A DNA stretch of 64,000 nucleotides from Eukaryota sp. TZLM1-RC (GCA_040285825.1 JAUPSS010000003.1:744001-808000); one strand, 5' to 3'; positions 44,795 through 55,489 are shown, counted from the stretch's first letter. The notes: generated by a model from the letters alone, not told the origin. Numbers and translations: made by a program.

Positions 44795-44887
44795 TAAGTG
44801 TCCTCTTTACACCAATGTAGAGGGACTGAGTTTTGAGAAGTGCAAGATTTTCTCCTTGAAACCTTTTTCATTTGAACCATCATCAAC
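44795..44887 (-). ncRNA. Candidate Fanzor omegaRNA (locus 4)
   Basis: Hairpin GTCCCTCTACATTGGTGTAAAGAGGAC (44826-44800) about 60 nt after the Fanzor stop. Confidence 0.3.
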
Positions 44888-45922
44888 CTAGGCTCTTTGT
44901 AGGTTTACTGGTCTATCTCCAGCTTTTACATGTGCTTCCATCACTTTAACATATTGAACGACTATTTCTATTTCTATTCCACAAACTTTTGCATGATTTA
45001 CACATCGTAAGCCCGTGACGAATAGACATCTCATGCCTCTTCCATCGCTATGGATTGCTGCACAATCGAAATGTTTCAACTGTTTTCTCCGCTTTCTCAC
45101 AATTGAAACAACAACTGTTTCGAAAGTCGTCAATTAAAAAGACCTTATAACCAGCCTTTAAATAAAATTCTCAACTCTTTTCCCTTGGTAGGTTCTTTGA
45201 ATTTCATGTGTTTTCGTTGTTCCCAGTCTCCAATTCCAATAACTACTTGGCTGGCATCACCATTTACTGATTTGAAGCACTGAATCATTTTTGCCTCAGA
45301 TCTTGTGCGAGTGATCTCAGCCCACCGTCTTAGTTTCCTGAATATTTTTTTGATGATAGATTTCACCAACAATACTATTCACAAAATTCTTTTGTTTATT
45401 ATATGCCGTAAATCTATCAAACCTGCAGCTTTTGGAATTGAATTGGGATAAAGTTGCTTCCCATTCTGCTACAGATTTAGTTTTTTGTTCATTCTTTCTC
45501 AAATTTAATGAGTAATCAATTTCGTGGGGAATATTGATTTCTTGAGGTACTTTTCCTCTTAATAAACTAATTGTTCTTTCAGTCATTTGATTAATTATAC
45601 TGCTGTTTAAATGCATCCTTTGTTGTTGCTCTTCATTTGGTTCATAATTGGATAGATCAATCACTCTACCAGTAGAGTTACTTATTGTGATCAGAGTGTC
45701 ATTCCGTTTGCTGTCTCTTATTCTTTTGAATTTGGAACTTTTCGACTCAAATTTTCGTTGATTTTGAGTGTACCTGAAATGAACATATTTATCTCTTTCA
45801 GGTTTTTTTGAATAAGTCATTCCAGTAGCTAAATTCTCAGAAAAATAGAGTAGATCAGATTTCCCTGGATCAGCAGCAGCAAGGGTCATATCTTGGAATT
45901 CAGAAGGATTGATGCTGGGATC

Positions 45923-46057
45923 TGATGCTTTATGCATATATGATAACAAAGAGTAAGGATAATTTATTAGAATTTCACCGGCCCTTATAAAGGCCATCAC
46001 TAGTGAACTATGTTATATAAATATAAATGTACTAGACTAATTGTCCACAGTACAACA
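45923..46057 (-). repeat. 3' LTR of Gypsy A2 (135 bp)
   Basis: TGTTGTA...AGCATCA; direct repeat of 52657-52792. Confidence 0.93.
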
Positions 46058-49000
46058 CTACCTTTTCCCTCTCTTAGGTCTCGAACGAGAGCTACGAGTA
46101 CTGACTGCAGGGGAATTAGTCTTAGATTTGGAATTAGAAGATGCCTTCCGTTTCCTGGTAGTGTGAGGACTAGTAGAGCGCAAATATGTTTGATATGCCT
46201 CAGTGCTTTTGACGTCAGCAACTGGGACAGACGAAGTCTCGCCGCCATACCAAACTGCAATACAATAAGGAACTTTATTATTGTTCGAATCTACGTAATC
46301 AAAGTGATCTATAATTTTAACGATTACAGATTCTTCCATATCGCCAGCAGCAATATTCTTATGCCAATCAAGATCATCTTTAGGGAAGTCTAAAAGGTAT
46401 AGTTGACAATGATTTATACTTGCCGTAGACATCGAACCAGTGACGAGATTCTTGAGTAATAAACTTTTATTGGATTTAACTTCTTCAACGAGAAAAGGCC
46501 CAGCGAAGCAACCATGGAGTTTACCATTAGTCTTTAATCGCAAAACTAAGTCACCTTTATTAAAAGGGTTCCTATGTTTGTTAACTTCAGGCAGTTGTTG
46601 AGCTTGCCTGAGCTCTGCCTCTTCTCTCTTCTTTGAAATCCTTTCAAGTTTTGCTTCAAGATCTTTAACAAAGGGAATATTAACATTAGCTGATTTTATT
46701 AGTTCAAACATATTACTAGGATCAGCTCTAGGGCTGTGGTCGCTACCAAACATTAAATTGTAGGGCGAATGACCAGTAACTCTACTAATAGTTGAATTGA
46801 TTTGAAGTTGTACAATTGGGATATATTCACTCCAATTGCTATAATCGCCAGAGTCCACCAAAATCTTTCTTAGACTTTGTGAAATGTCTCTGTGTCGTCT
46901 TTCTACTAATCCATTGCTTTGTGAAAAACTAGTTAGTGAACAACTTACTTCAATGTTTAATAAATCGCATAACCCTTTGAATATGGCATTTGCAAATTCA
47001 ATACCATTGTCACTATGAATCACCAGTGGGATACCAAAAATTGATACTACACTCCATAGGAGGTGATTGGTTGCCTCCACTGCATTCAATTCCTTTGCAG
47101 GGCAAATGATCGTATACCTAATAAACGAATCTACAAAAACTACTAAATATTTGAATCCATTATCATCTTGTTGTAATGGTCCAATAGTATCTGCGTTTAT
47201 TCGTGCAAAAGGTCGATCAGCCCAAAGAGAGCCAGATGATTCAATGACATTTTTAGGCACATGTGCCGTCTTTTGACATGCTGGACATCTCTTAATGTGA
47301 TTAATCATGTCTTTGCGCATGTCGGGCCAAAAGTAATCACTATTAAGTAATTTCTTTACGCTAGTCGTCACACTAGGATGGCCAACATTTGCATGTCCAT
47401 GAATGATAGTTAAAGTCTGCTTCTTTAAACTATCTGGGATAACAATCTTCCCACGATTGTTGGTATACAATTGAATATCTGAATTATAATTGTAATCTTT
47501 ATAATAATTAGGATTTGAATCAACATCTATAAGTTGTTCTTGCCTAATCTTTGAGATCCAAGTGTCAAATAAATCAAATTTAGTATCCTCAACTGCTTCT
47601 TTCAGTGCAGATAAGTTATTGATCGTTGGTAGCTCAATTGTGGACGGTTGAGTAATATCATCCCTTAACAAATTAACTCTAGTTAATAAATTTAAATAGG
47701 GTAATTGTTCTTCAACTCTGTGAGGTGCCAAGTTTCTCACTTGTTGGACTCGAGGAGTTTTGGGTTTGGTATCAACCAATCTAGACAAAATGTCTGCCCA
47801 ACAATTCTCCTCGCCTGCAGTGTGGACTACATCAAAATTGAATTCTGACAATGTTGGTAGCCACCTCTTCACAATTCTGTTCTTTTTAGGAGCTGATATG
47901 AGGTATGCTAAATTTCTATGATCAGTGAAAATAGTTAATTTCCTCGAAATTAAATAATTTTCTAAACTACTGTCAGTGAGAATTAGTAAAATTGCATACA
48001 ACTCTTTCTGAAGTACAGACCAATTCTTTTGTGAAGTTGATAATAATCTGCTAAAGAAGGCAATAGGTACAACCTTTCTCTTAATTAGCGGTGTCGTAGG
48101 ATCTTTAGGTGGGTTAGCTTCTTGCCATATTACTCCACCTACAGCCACATCGGACGCGTCAGCTCTTATTAAAATATGCTTGTCTTCTGAGGGCAATTCA
48201 AGAGGGATATTTGCTTTGATAAGATTTACAATCTTACCAAAAGCCTCGTCATGATGAGGAGTCCACTTGATTTTTGACGGTTTGTTTCTAGTTAATTTGT
48301 TGATTGGTTCTATCAAGTCAGACAAATTTGGCAACAAGTCACGTATATAATTGATTGAACCTATAAAACTCCTAACTTCAGGTAATGTCCTGGGTTTGGG
48401 TAGGTTGATCAGTCCCTCGATCCTAGATTCATCCATATAACGGGTTTTGTTTACAAAAATACTACCTAGAATTTTTATTTCATGTTTGCAAGTGGTAAAG
48501 CTACACTTGGGTAGGCCCAGGTTAACTCTAAAACGTTTGGCGCGTTCTAGGACCGTACCTACTCTGGATAGAAATTCATCCAGGGTCGAAGCTACTATTA
48601 TTATATCATCGATATAAATAAATACGCCCTCAGAATCAAATATTTCCATCATCATGTTTTGGAAGACTGCAGGAACGTTCTTCAAACCAAAACAAGCCCT
48701 TTTAAAACTGATCGACATCCCAGGAATTGATACGGTAGTTTTATCAATATCCTCTTCTGCAATTTTGAGCTGCCAAAATGCCTTAGGTAAATCTAGAGCT
48801 GCTATATAATTAGCTTTACTTAGAAACTCTAAAATGTCGCTAATCCTGGGCAAATTTGCCTCTACAGGTTTAGTTAAATCATTTACTCCACCAATACCAC
48901 TAAAATCGCCAGTTAATCGTGGTTTCCTGTGATCAGGGTAAATCACAAGACAGATGGGACTACTGAATTGAGACTTTGCGGGCACAGCAAATCCATTACG

Positions 49001-49231
49001 GATCAATTCGTTAAAAATTTCCTCGGCTACCCGTTGTTTTTCTGGGTTTAATCTTCGAGGTTTCCTTTTGACGACCTTACTTTCGTCATAAAATGGAATG
49101 GTCATCGGCTGACAATCAAATCCATCCAGGTGAGGTAGCCCACTAAATACATTTCTATATTTTTCGAGTAGCACGACTAGGCGTTCCTCGTTTCCTAATG
49201 TCATCCAGGCATATTTCACAGCCCAACTCAT
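46058..49231 (-). CDS. Gypsy A2 pol (RT, RNase H, integrase, chromodomain-like)
   Basis: YIDD, ADASD, HHCC, D,D35E; C-terminal VIVKIIDH...AVWYGGETSSVP. Confidence 0.93.
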   Translation of the reverse strand: MSWAVKYAWMTLGNEERLVVLLEKYRNVFSGLPHLDGFDCQPMTIPFYDESKVVKRKPRRLNPEKQRVAEEIFNELIRNGFAVPAKSQFSSPICLVIYPDHRKPRLTGDFSGIGGVNDLTKPVEANLPRISDILEFLSKANYIAALDLPKAFWQLKIAEEDIDKTTVSIPGMSISFKRACFGLKNVPAVFQNMMMEIFDSEGVFIYIDDIIIVASTLDEFLSRVGTVLERAKRFRVNLGLPKCSFTTCKHEIKILGSIFVNKTRYMDESRIEGLINLPKPRTLPEVRSFIGSINYIRDLLPNLSDLIEPINKLTRNKPSKIKWTPHHDEAFGKIVNLIKANIPLELPSEDKHILIRADASDVAVGGVIWQEANPPKDPTTPLIKRKVVPIAFFSRLLSTSQKNWSVLQKELYAILLILTDSSLENYLISRKLTIFTDHRNLAYLISAPKKNRIVKRWLPTLSEFNFDVVHTAGEENCWADILSRLVDTKPKTPRVQQVRNLAPHRVEEQLPYLNLLTRVNLLRDDITQPSTIELPTINNLSALKEAVEDTKFDLFDTWISKIRQEQLIDVDSNPNYYKDYNYNSDIQLYTNNRGKIVIPDSLKKQTLTIIHGHANVGHPSVTTSVKKLLNSDYFWPDMRKDMINHIKRCPACQKTAHVPKNVIESSGSLWADRPFARINADTIGPLQQDDNGFKYLVVFVDSFIRYTIICPAKELNAVEATNHLLWSVVSIFGIPLVIHSDNGIEFANAIFKGLCDLLNIEVSCSLTSFSQSNGLVERRHRDISQSLRKILVDSGDYSNWSEYIPIVQLQINSTISRVTGHSPYNLMFGSDHSPRADPSNMFELIKSANVNIPFVKDLEAKLERISKKREEAELRQAQQLPEVNKHRNPFNKGDLVLRLKTNGKLHGCFAGPFLVEEVKSNKSLLLKNLVTGSMSTASINHCQLYLLDFPKDDLDWHKNIAAGDMEESVIVKIIDHFDYVDSNNNKVPYCIAVWYGGETSSVPVADVKSTEAYQTYLRSTSPHTTRKRKASSNSKSKTNSPAVSTRSSRSRPKRGKR

Positions 49232-49979
49232 CTAACTCATGTCTAAATGTGGAATGCCCAAAATCATTACCTAAGTCTGATTTATTACTCAATTGTTCTA
49301 TGAATCTAATTGGTTGACAAATTCTATTATCAAACTCACATTCAGCATTTAAGATGGTGCGATGTTCGCGATCCAAATTAATATTAAAACCGTGCTCCGT
49401 GCGTAGCCCCAAGGTTTGTAATAAGTCTCTTCCGATCAAAAAATTATTGGTACCAGGAATGATCTGGAATTCGATCCTTAAAAACACTTGAGTGGCCAAG
49501 CTACCCACATTTAGAGCAAGAACACCACATGCACATCCCAGGGTCGTGGAGCGAATACCATTTGCCGATAAGTATTCGACAGTTTTATTGTCATTAACTG
49601 TCATATTACATTTAGAGGCTAAATCCCTTGATAATACTGAAAATGCAGCTCCAATATCAATTTCGCCTTGTACTTCCACGTTATTTATAGTGCAGGTTAA
49701 CCAAAGTTCCCCGTTAGAAATTTCTTGGTCCTCTGCTACCCTGGATAGTCTAACACTGTGGATAAAACCCACAGGATTGGATGACTCTCTAAATCTTTTT
49801 AATGGATTTAGGTGATTATAATTCGAATCTGCTTTGCTCATTTTATAAATGGATTTGATTGAATTATTTGTAAGGTTATTGTTAAAAGATGTATAATCAT
49901 CTGATTTATTACTACTACTTTTACGTTTTCTATCACGTTTTTCGCCTCCTTGACGCTTTTTTGAACCAGGTTTTCCCAC
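49155..49979 (-). CDS. Gypsy A2 protease region
   Basis: IDIGAAFSVL and LIGRDLL; frameshift to pol near 49190. Confidence 0.85.
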   Translation of the reverse strand: MGKPGSKKRQGGEKRDRKRKSSSNKSDDYTSFNNNLTNNSIKSIYKMSKADSNYNHLNPLKRFRESSNPVGFIHSVRLSRVAEDQEISNGELWLTCTINNVEVQGEIDIGAAFSVLSRDLASKCNMTVNDNKTVEYLSANGIRSTTLGCACGVLALNVGSLATQVFLRIEFQIIPGTNNFLIGRDLLQTLGLRTEHGFNINLDREHRTILNAECEFDNRICQPIRFIEQLSNKSDLGNDFGHSTFRHELDELGCEICLDDIRKRGTPSRATRKI

Positions 49980-50021
49980 TAATTTAAAACATTTCTCTTC
50001 AGGATGTTTATTGGTTTTGCA

Positions 50022-52650
50022 TTAGTTACACCATTGCTCTGAAGGCATGGGTCGACTGCTTACTCTACGGTTCTTAAAAGGACCTTTTGACTGGCTTCGT
50101 CCTTTTTGCGCAGGAGCGTGAGCACCAAAAGCTGTTCTTATCAAATTCATGTCTTTGATCGAGGATTCAAGGCTATTGACCTTGTTAACAAATGCGTTAC
50201 CTAAATCGTAAATCGCATCGCCCAGTTTCTCGTTACTCGAATCAAACTTGCCAATCCAAATGATATATGTGTCCATCAATTGATTGTTTGTTTTGTCGTT
50301 AATAGTTTCGAGAAATCTCTTTGCTGGGTAGACGACAGACGGATTACCATCCGTTCCGGGCATAATTGTAGAGCGTCGAATTATATATATGATCTGCTCT
50401 ATGAAGGCTGTCCATGAAGATTCAGCAGTCATTCTGCGACTGATCTCAGGTGGTCTTACAGACCTTAAAGCCTTCTCAACATTGGTAGGGTATTTGTACT
50501 GGGTGCTGAGTAGCAAATATTCCCAGATTTCGGCGTCAGATGGGTTGTTGCCTAACACGTTTGTTCGGCCTCCATAAAAACTCTGCCATTCTGCGATGAC
50601 CTTACCCTCGATCATAAATCTCAAATACAAAGGGTCCACTTCGAAGAACATAGATCTAACGAAGTCGTACTGATGAACAGGTTGACCGTATTTGGTGATC
50701 GGCGTAAATGCTCTGGTGGGTCCATCGCGATCCCTAACTGTTTTAGCCCAATTGCCAAAGTTAAGAACGAAGTCGAAGATCTTCTTGGCGTCAAACGCTT
50801 CATTTAACTTAACTAGGCATCTGAGTTTGTCGTCTATTCTTTTCCTCAATTTCTCCTCGTCTGTTACAGGAGTTCTATAAAGACCGAGGGTGTCAACGAG
50901 AGAATCTCTAGGAGCATTCGTTCCTAGGGGTTGCGTGGGTGTAGATGATTTTATAACAGATGCTTGTGTAGGAGTTGCTTCACATGAAGCTCTCCTAGAT
51001 GCCAGAGGCCCTACAGAAGGTGTACTAAGTAGGTTCATATTCCTCTCTTCTGAAGGCAATGTTTCGCCCAACTTGATGATAAATCGTGTCTTAGGAGGTT
51101 CCTCCTGCACTGGTACGGTCTGGGCTGGTGGCCTTAAATCCACCCAATCTGGTGCATCTTTAGATCCTCTAGGGACCCCTGCTAGTTTATGATCATATGG
51201 AAGGCAACTGCTCTTTATTAAGACATTCTCAAAAACATTTTGGTCGGGCCAGCTATCAACCCATGCCTTAAGTTTTGCCATCCATGCATCAGGGTATACT
51301 AGTTTTAACTTGTTGGGGCCAACACGTTGCTCTTTCAATTCAATTACCCTTGTGCCTATTTCTCTAATATAGGACTCTTTGGTATGAAATTGAAGGGTGT
51401 CACCTCGAGATTCATCGAATCTGCCCCCAAGCATAATAAAAATGTCCGCAATGGAATCTTTTGGGTGTACGTTCTCCACTAGGAAATGCCTTACGACGCC
51501 TCTAAGGTTTCTACCTTGTTGATTATGAGGGTACATTTTAGCTATCCAAAATAGTTTGTCGTAAGCCTCTTGATTTCCACTGAAATATATTTTGTGGTCA
51601 TCAATCGCATCCCTATGCCATTTGGCAGGCCTGGGAGTAGCAGCTTGATACTTTGAACGAGGAGCACTAAAATAGCAACCCTCGACTGCACTCATCCCAC
51701 ACGAGACTACCGAATCGGTAAGATCATCCAATCTCTTTAAAAGATTTGGACTCTGATCATAACTCTCGTAGACGTCATCGTCAAGTGTTTTGCCGTGGGC
51801 TTCCCCAAAGAGAAAGGGCCAACGTTTCGCTAAATAGTTACGTCTGACCTTCTCACATTCGGCTGGATCTACTTCTCCTGAGAGGCGTTCTGCCTCATTC
51901 TCAGCCATTTTTAGTAATTCATCATCACTCCAATCTAATTACATCATCAGGAGGATTGGCGATGAGATCCAATAGGAAATCTCTAGTTACAACCTTAACT
52001 GCCTTTGCTAGTTTCCTTCGGTAAAGACCCTGAGAAGTCCTTTCCGTAGATGGGAAACTAGGAGTTGGATTAGGAGGATTGGGTGTATGAGGTGGTTCAT
52101 CATCGCTCTCATCCCCTCTCCTGCTGTAGTTCTGATTAAGAGATCCTCTGGAATCACTTTGAGGTTCCTCACTTGAGCTGATGTCAGAAGTAGGTGAGGA
52201 GGGAGTTTTACGTGAGGAGCTAGTCGTAAACTGTTGCTCGCCTTCGCCTCCTTCACCTTCTGTACAAGCGTCAGATTTATTACTTACAACAAACGCTTTG
52301 AATCTCCGTTGCTCGCTCGGAGTGAGAAAACTCTTCCTACAAGGAAGGAGCTCCGAGGAGTTATTGGGATATGTGTACAGTTCTGTCACATCCACAACGT
52401 GGTTATCTCTCTCCTTATTAGGGAGGTGACTTCCTTTCTGGGAGGAAGGGCTCTCCTCAGTGTGAAGTTCACTCTCCTTATTGAGGAGGTGGCTTTCTTT
52501 CTGAGAGGCAAGGCTCTTCTCAGCGGAAAGCTCACTCTCCGTAGGTGGAGGATTACTCACCGTGGGTGGTGTATTGTTCTCCTTCAAAGAAGGGACATTA
52601 CTCTCCCTTAGAGAGGAAGGAGGGTTATCATTGTGGCTTTTCAGGCCATT
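50022..52650 (-). pseudogene. Gypsy A2 gag (long; frameshift near 51935, premature stop at 50022)
   Basis: ORFs 51925-52683 and 50022-51908 join through a frameshift (DWSDDELLK-MAE). The stop replaces the CSLCK seen in copy A1. Confidence 0.78.
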
Positions 52651-52656
52651 AATTAA

Positions 52657-52792
52657 TGATGCTTTATCCATATATGATAACAAAGAATAAGGAATAATTT
52701 ATTAGAATTTCACCAGCCCTTATAAAGGCCATCACTAGTGAACTATGTTATATAAATATAAATGTACTAGACTAATTGTCCACAGTACAACA
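52657..52792 (-). repeat. 5' LTR of Gypsy A2 (136 bp)
   Basis: Followed on the minus strand by TTAATTAATGGCC. Confidence 0.93.
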
Positions 52793-53771
52793 GATCATCA
52801 ATATATTTTTCTTTATCTTTTAATTCTTTTGCAGTTACTTTGTACCTTTTCAAGTCCATTCTAGATTGAATGAAACTGACTGCGATTCCATCAGTCTCGA
52901 TACTAGACATGATGTACTTTGAACTTTCTGAATAAAGTTTAGTGTTTTTAATCCTATCCATTTTCAAAAAGGTATTCCATAAAACCAAATCAGCAGCTTG
53001 ATTATTGCATTGGTAAGACGACCTTTGACGAAGAATGTCCTTGAATTCGACAAAGAACAAGTCCAATAAACTTGGCTTGTCAATTCTGATATACGAGGGA
53101 ATACAAGAATTCTTCAAAGGGAGAGCATGAAAGATATTGCTCTCCTCATCTTCTAAATAATTATTATTATAAAACATTGCCCTCAAACACAACTTTGATT
53201 TTGATGAAAATCAAATTTTGAATACTTTTCCCTTTTGGAATTACTGGGAAGTAAAAGAGGGATGCGGTCATTAGTGAAAAGCGAAGTAATTGATGAGACT
53301 TTTTTTCTCATTGTAGAAGTTTCGCCAGCAATATCTCTACATCCTCCAAGAAGGAGAGATTTAACTTTGCTGATGAATGAAGAGAAGTTTTTCTTATCTT
53401 GCTTTTTCAGGACATTGTTGTTTCTATCAACATCTCAGTGGCAGACAAGGAGAATTTTGCAAAGCTGTTTTTGTCTTTGCGTTTAGGGAACTTGCCTCCT
53501 CACTTTGGGACGTGACCACAAGAAAAGTGTCACGAAATAATTGGGTTTCAATTTCTGGTAAAAAATCGTTTGGGTTTATGTCAAAAAGATGCAAATAATA
53601 ACCACAAATGAATTCTAAACCAACAATAGAAATTTCCGGACACCTAATTATTGCCTCATCGATCACGTCAAACATTTTCGGATCTCTGATGACATTTTTT
53701 AGACTGTCTTTACAACCATCATAAGATTTATATTTAACAGTTTCCATGAATTGGTCATTGTTAAAGAAATT

Positions 53772-55460
53772 TCATAAAAAATTAAATAATTTCATTGTTA
53801 AATCTGTATCCCTCAGACAATGAACTGCAACTGCAGTTCTTCTTTGGAATAATGAAAAATCTGAGAAGGGGTCATCTTCTTCAACCTTCCAATACTCTGC
53901 CATATACTGAGGATCAAGATCAATTTTACTTTCCCCTAATAAAATTTTAGAAACTGTGTCTAGTTTGCGTGGTTGACAATAATTTGTGTAAATACTACAA
54001 GTATCAACAACAAATCGGCCAGCAATTAAGGGGTTCAAGTGTTTGTGGTTCAATTCTATTAAATTTGAGTTATAGTATTGAACCCATTCACTAGCATCGA
54101 TTTCACCCTTAAGAAATTCCTCATTTTCAGAACGTTTCATAATATTTGGGATGTCAAATTTGAAAATATTGAAACCACATATTATAAGAGGATTATAAGC
54201 TTCTGATAATTTAAATGAACTTAGCAATTCTTTTTCAGAGTAATGATGATATAAAGTGATATTTTCATCATCAACTTTGCAATAATGTTCATTTCTGCTT
54301 GTTGACTTTTCTACAAGATCACAAAAACAAAGATTTAATTCAATCTGTACTCGGGTAAAAATATGAGAAACAGAATTTGCAACAATCTTTCTTGTCACAG
54401 TAAGAAATTGAATTTTCTCTTGAAATGACAATTGTTTAGACCTCATAACTGTGCTTTTTTACCCAACATCACAGTTTCAATGTGTTGTCGCTGCAAGAGT
54501 GTTGTTACGCTTTCCCATATTTTAAACTGTAAGTATTTTATAACTTATCGCTCAATTGTTCATGACTCAGTTCGTGATCAATTATATGCCATGTGCAAAA
54601 GTTTCAATATAGAGGCATTTATTGAGCCACTAGTACGTAAGCTGTCTTCAGATCAAACTGATGATTCTTTTGGTAAAAGAAGGGCAGATTTAGTAGCTCC
54701 AGGGATCGATGGTGTTCTCAATGTTGTAGATGTTGTCTCCGTTGATGTTTGCAAAAATTCTGCTGCTCGTTTAGTGTATTTCGCTGATTCGCCGTTATCT
54801 TACGCCGAAAAAAAGAAGATAAAAAAATATGAAGAACCTTTGGCACAGTTAGGTAGAGTGGAACATGTGAAATATCAGTTTGTGCCGTTTGCAATTTCTC
54901 TTTTTGGCAATATTGGACCTTCAGGCTTGCACTTTTTGGAAAATTTTAAAAAAGTGTTACTGAATAGGTCTGGTAAAACAATGAACTCCACTTTCTGGTT
55001 AAATAGAATTGTTTTTTGCATTTTCAAGTCTATTCCTACAATGATTTCAAAGGCACTTTTAGCTATCGGTGTAGAATATGAACGTAATGCTGTGAGTAGG
55101 TTCAGTAATAGTGACGCTTGTTTGGAGGATATTGAATTCTAGATGGTTATTTTTATCTCAATAAATATTCCAGTTTTTTTTTAAAAAAAAGTTTCAATGT
55201 CAAAATGTAAAATTCTTAGAATAAATGGTGTTTGAACAGTAAAATTAATGCTTTCATGAATTGTTGTGTCGAGTCAAAGCATTTTCATTGAAAAGTGTTA
55301 TTACACGTTTCAAAGGTGTACTCAATGCATCAACTTGCCCATTTCTGATTGTCTTTTGTAGACAGGAGGAATATTTTGTCTCAAATAATTTTCTTTTATT
55401 GTCAACACAACTATAAAAACATCTTCTAAAGTTAATGAAATGTTCACAATATAACAAATA
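53772..55460 (-). pseudogene. PolB-type N-terminal plus 3'-5' exonuclease domain (Exo-Fanzor locus 4), split by an RLE insertion
   Basis: PFILRILHFDIET (ExoI, at about 55191-55230), SEKELLSSF...PLIICGFNIFKFDIPNIMKR (ExoII), GRFVVD, KLDTVSKILLGESKIDL, HCLRDTDLT (ExoIII). No polymerase motifs follow. Confidence 0.88.
54438..55190 (+). mobile_element. 5'-truncated RLE-type non-LTR retrotransposon
   Basis: CRC...HILNC...RSIVHDSVRD, EP...RADL...VDV, KK.KKY. AATAAA then a T10A8 tail; GTTT duplicated at 54434-54437 and 55191-55194. Confidence 0.88.
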
Positions 55461-55489
55461 TATAATTGTAGATTATGACTGAATTTAAA

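Larger units (their letters stand above)
45923..52792 (-). mobile_element. Full-length Ty3/Gypsy LTR retrotransposon, family A, copy A2
   Basis: LTRs at 45923-46057 and 52657-52792 (3 substitutions and 1 indel), exact GATC TSD (45919-45922 and 52793-52796), PPT, and gag-PR-RT-RH-IN-chromodomain-like order. Confidence 0.96.
44888..53747 (-). pseudogene. Full-length Fanzor1 nuclease gene (locus 4), split by Gypsy A2 and carrying several frameshifts
   Basis: CKDSLKNVI...EFICGYYLH, LPLKNSCIPSYIRID, IETDGIAVS, KYIDD|PSINP...AADPGKSDLLY (RuvC-I), YTQNQR, VIGIGDW...EPTKGK, LIDDFRNSCCFNC, GLRC...WNRN, DRPVNLQR. Confidence 0.9.

Noticed and set aside
45924-46000. N-terminus of ORF 45317-46000 as real protein
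   Set aside because: These codons are Gypsy LTR sequence read into the Fanzor fragment.
53772-53774. Alternative genetic code with TGA as sense
   Set aside because: Host genes such as SKI2, RRP40 and KIN17 end at TGA exactly where expected.
53772-55460. Polinton/Maverick or integrated giant virus
   Set aside because: No capsid, packaging ATPase, pPolB palm, Polinton-type integrase or long TIRs were recognised. A viral origin of the exo domain remains possible but is not shown.
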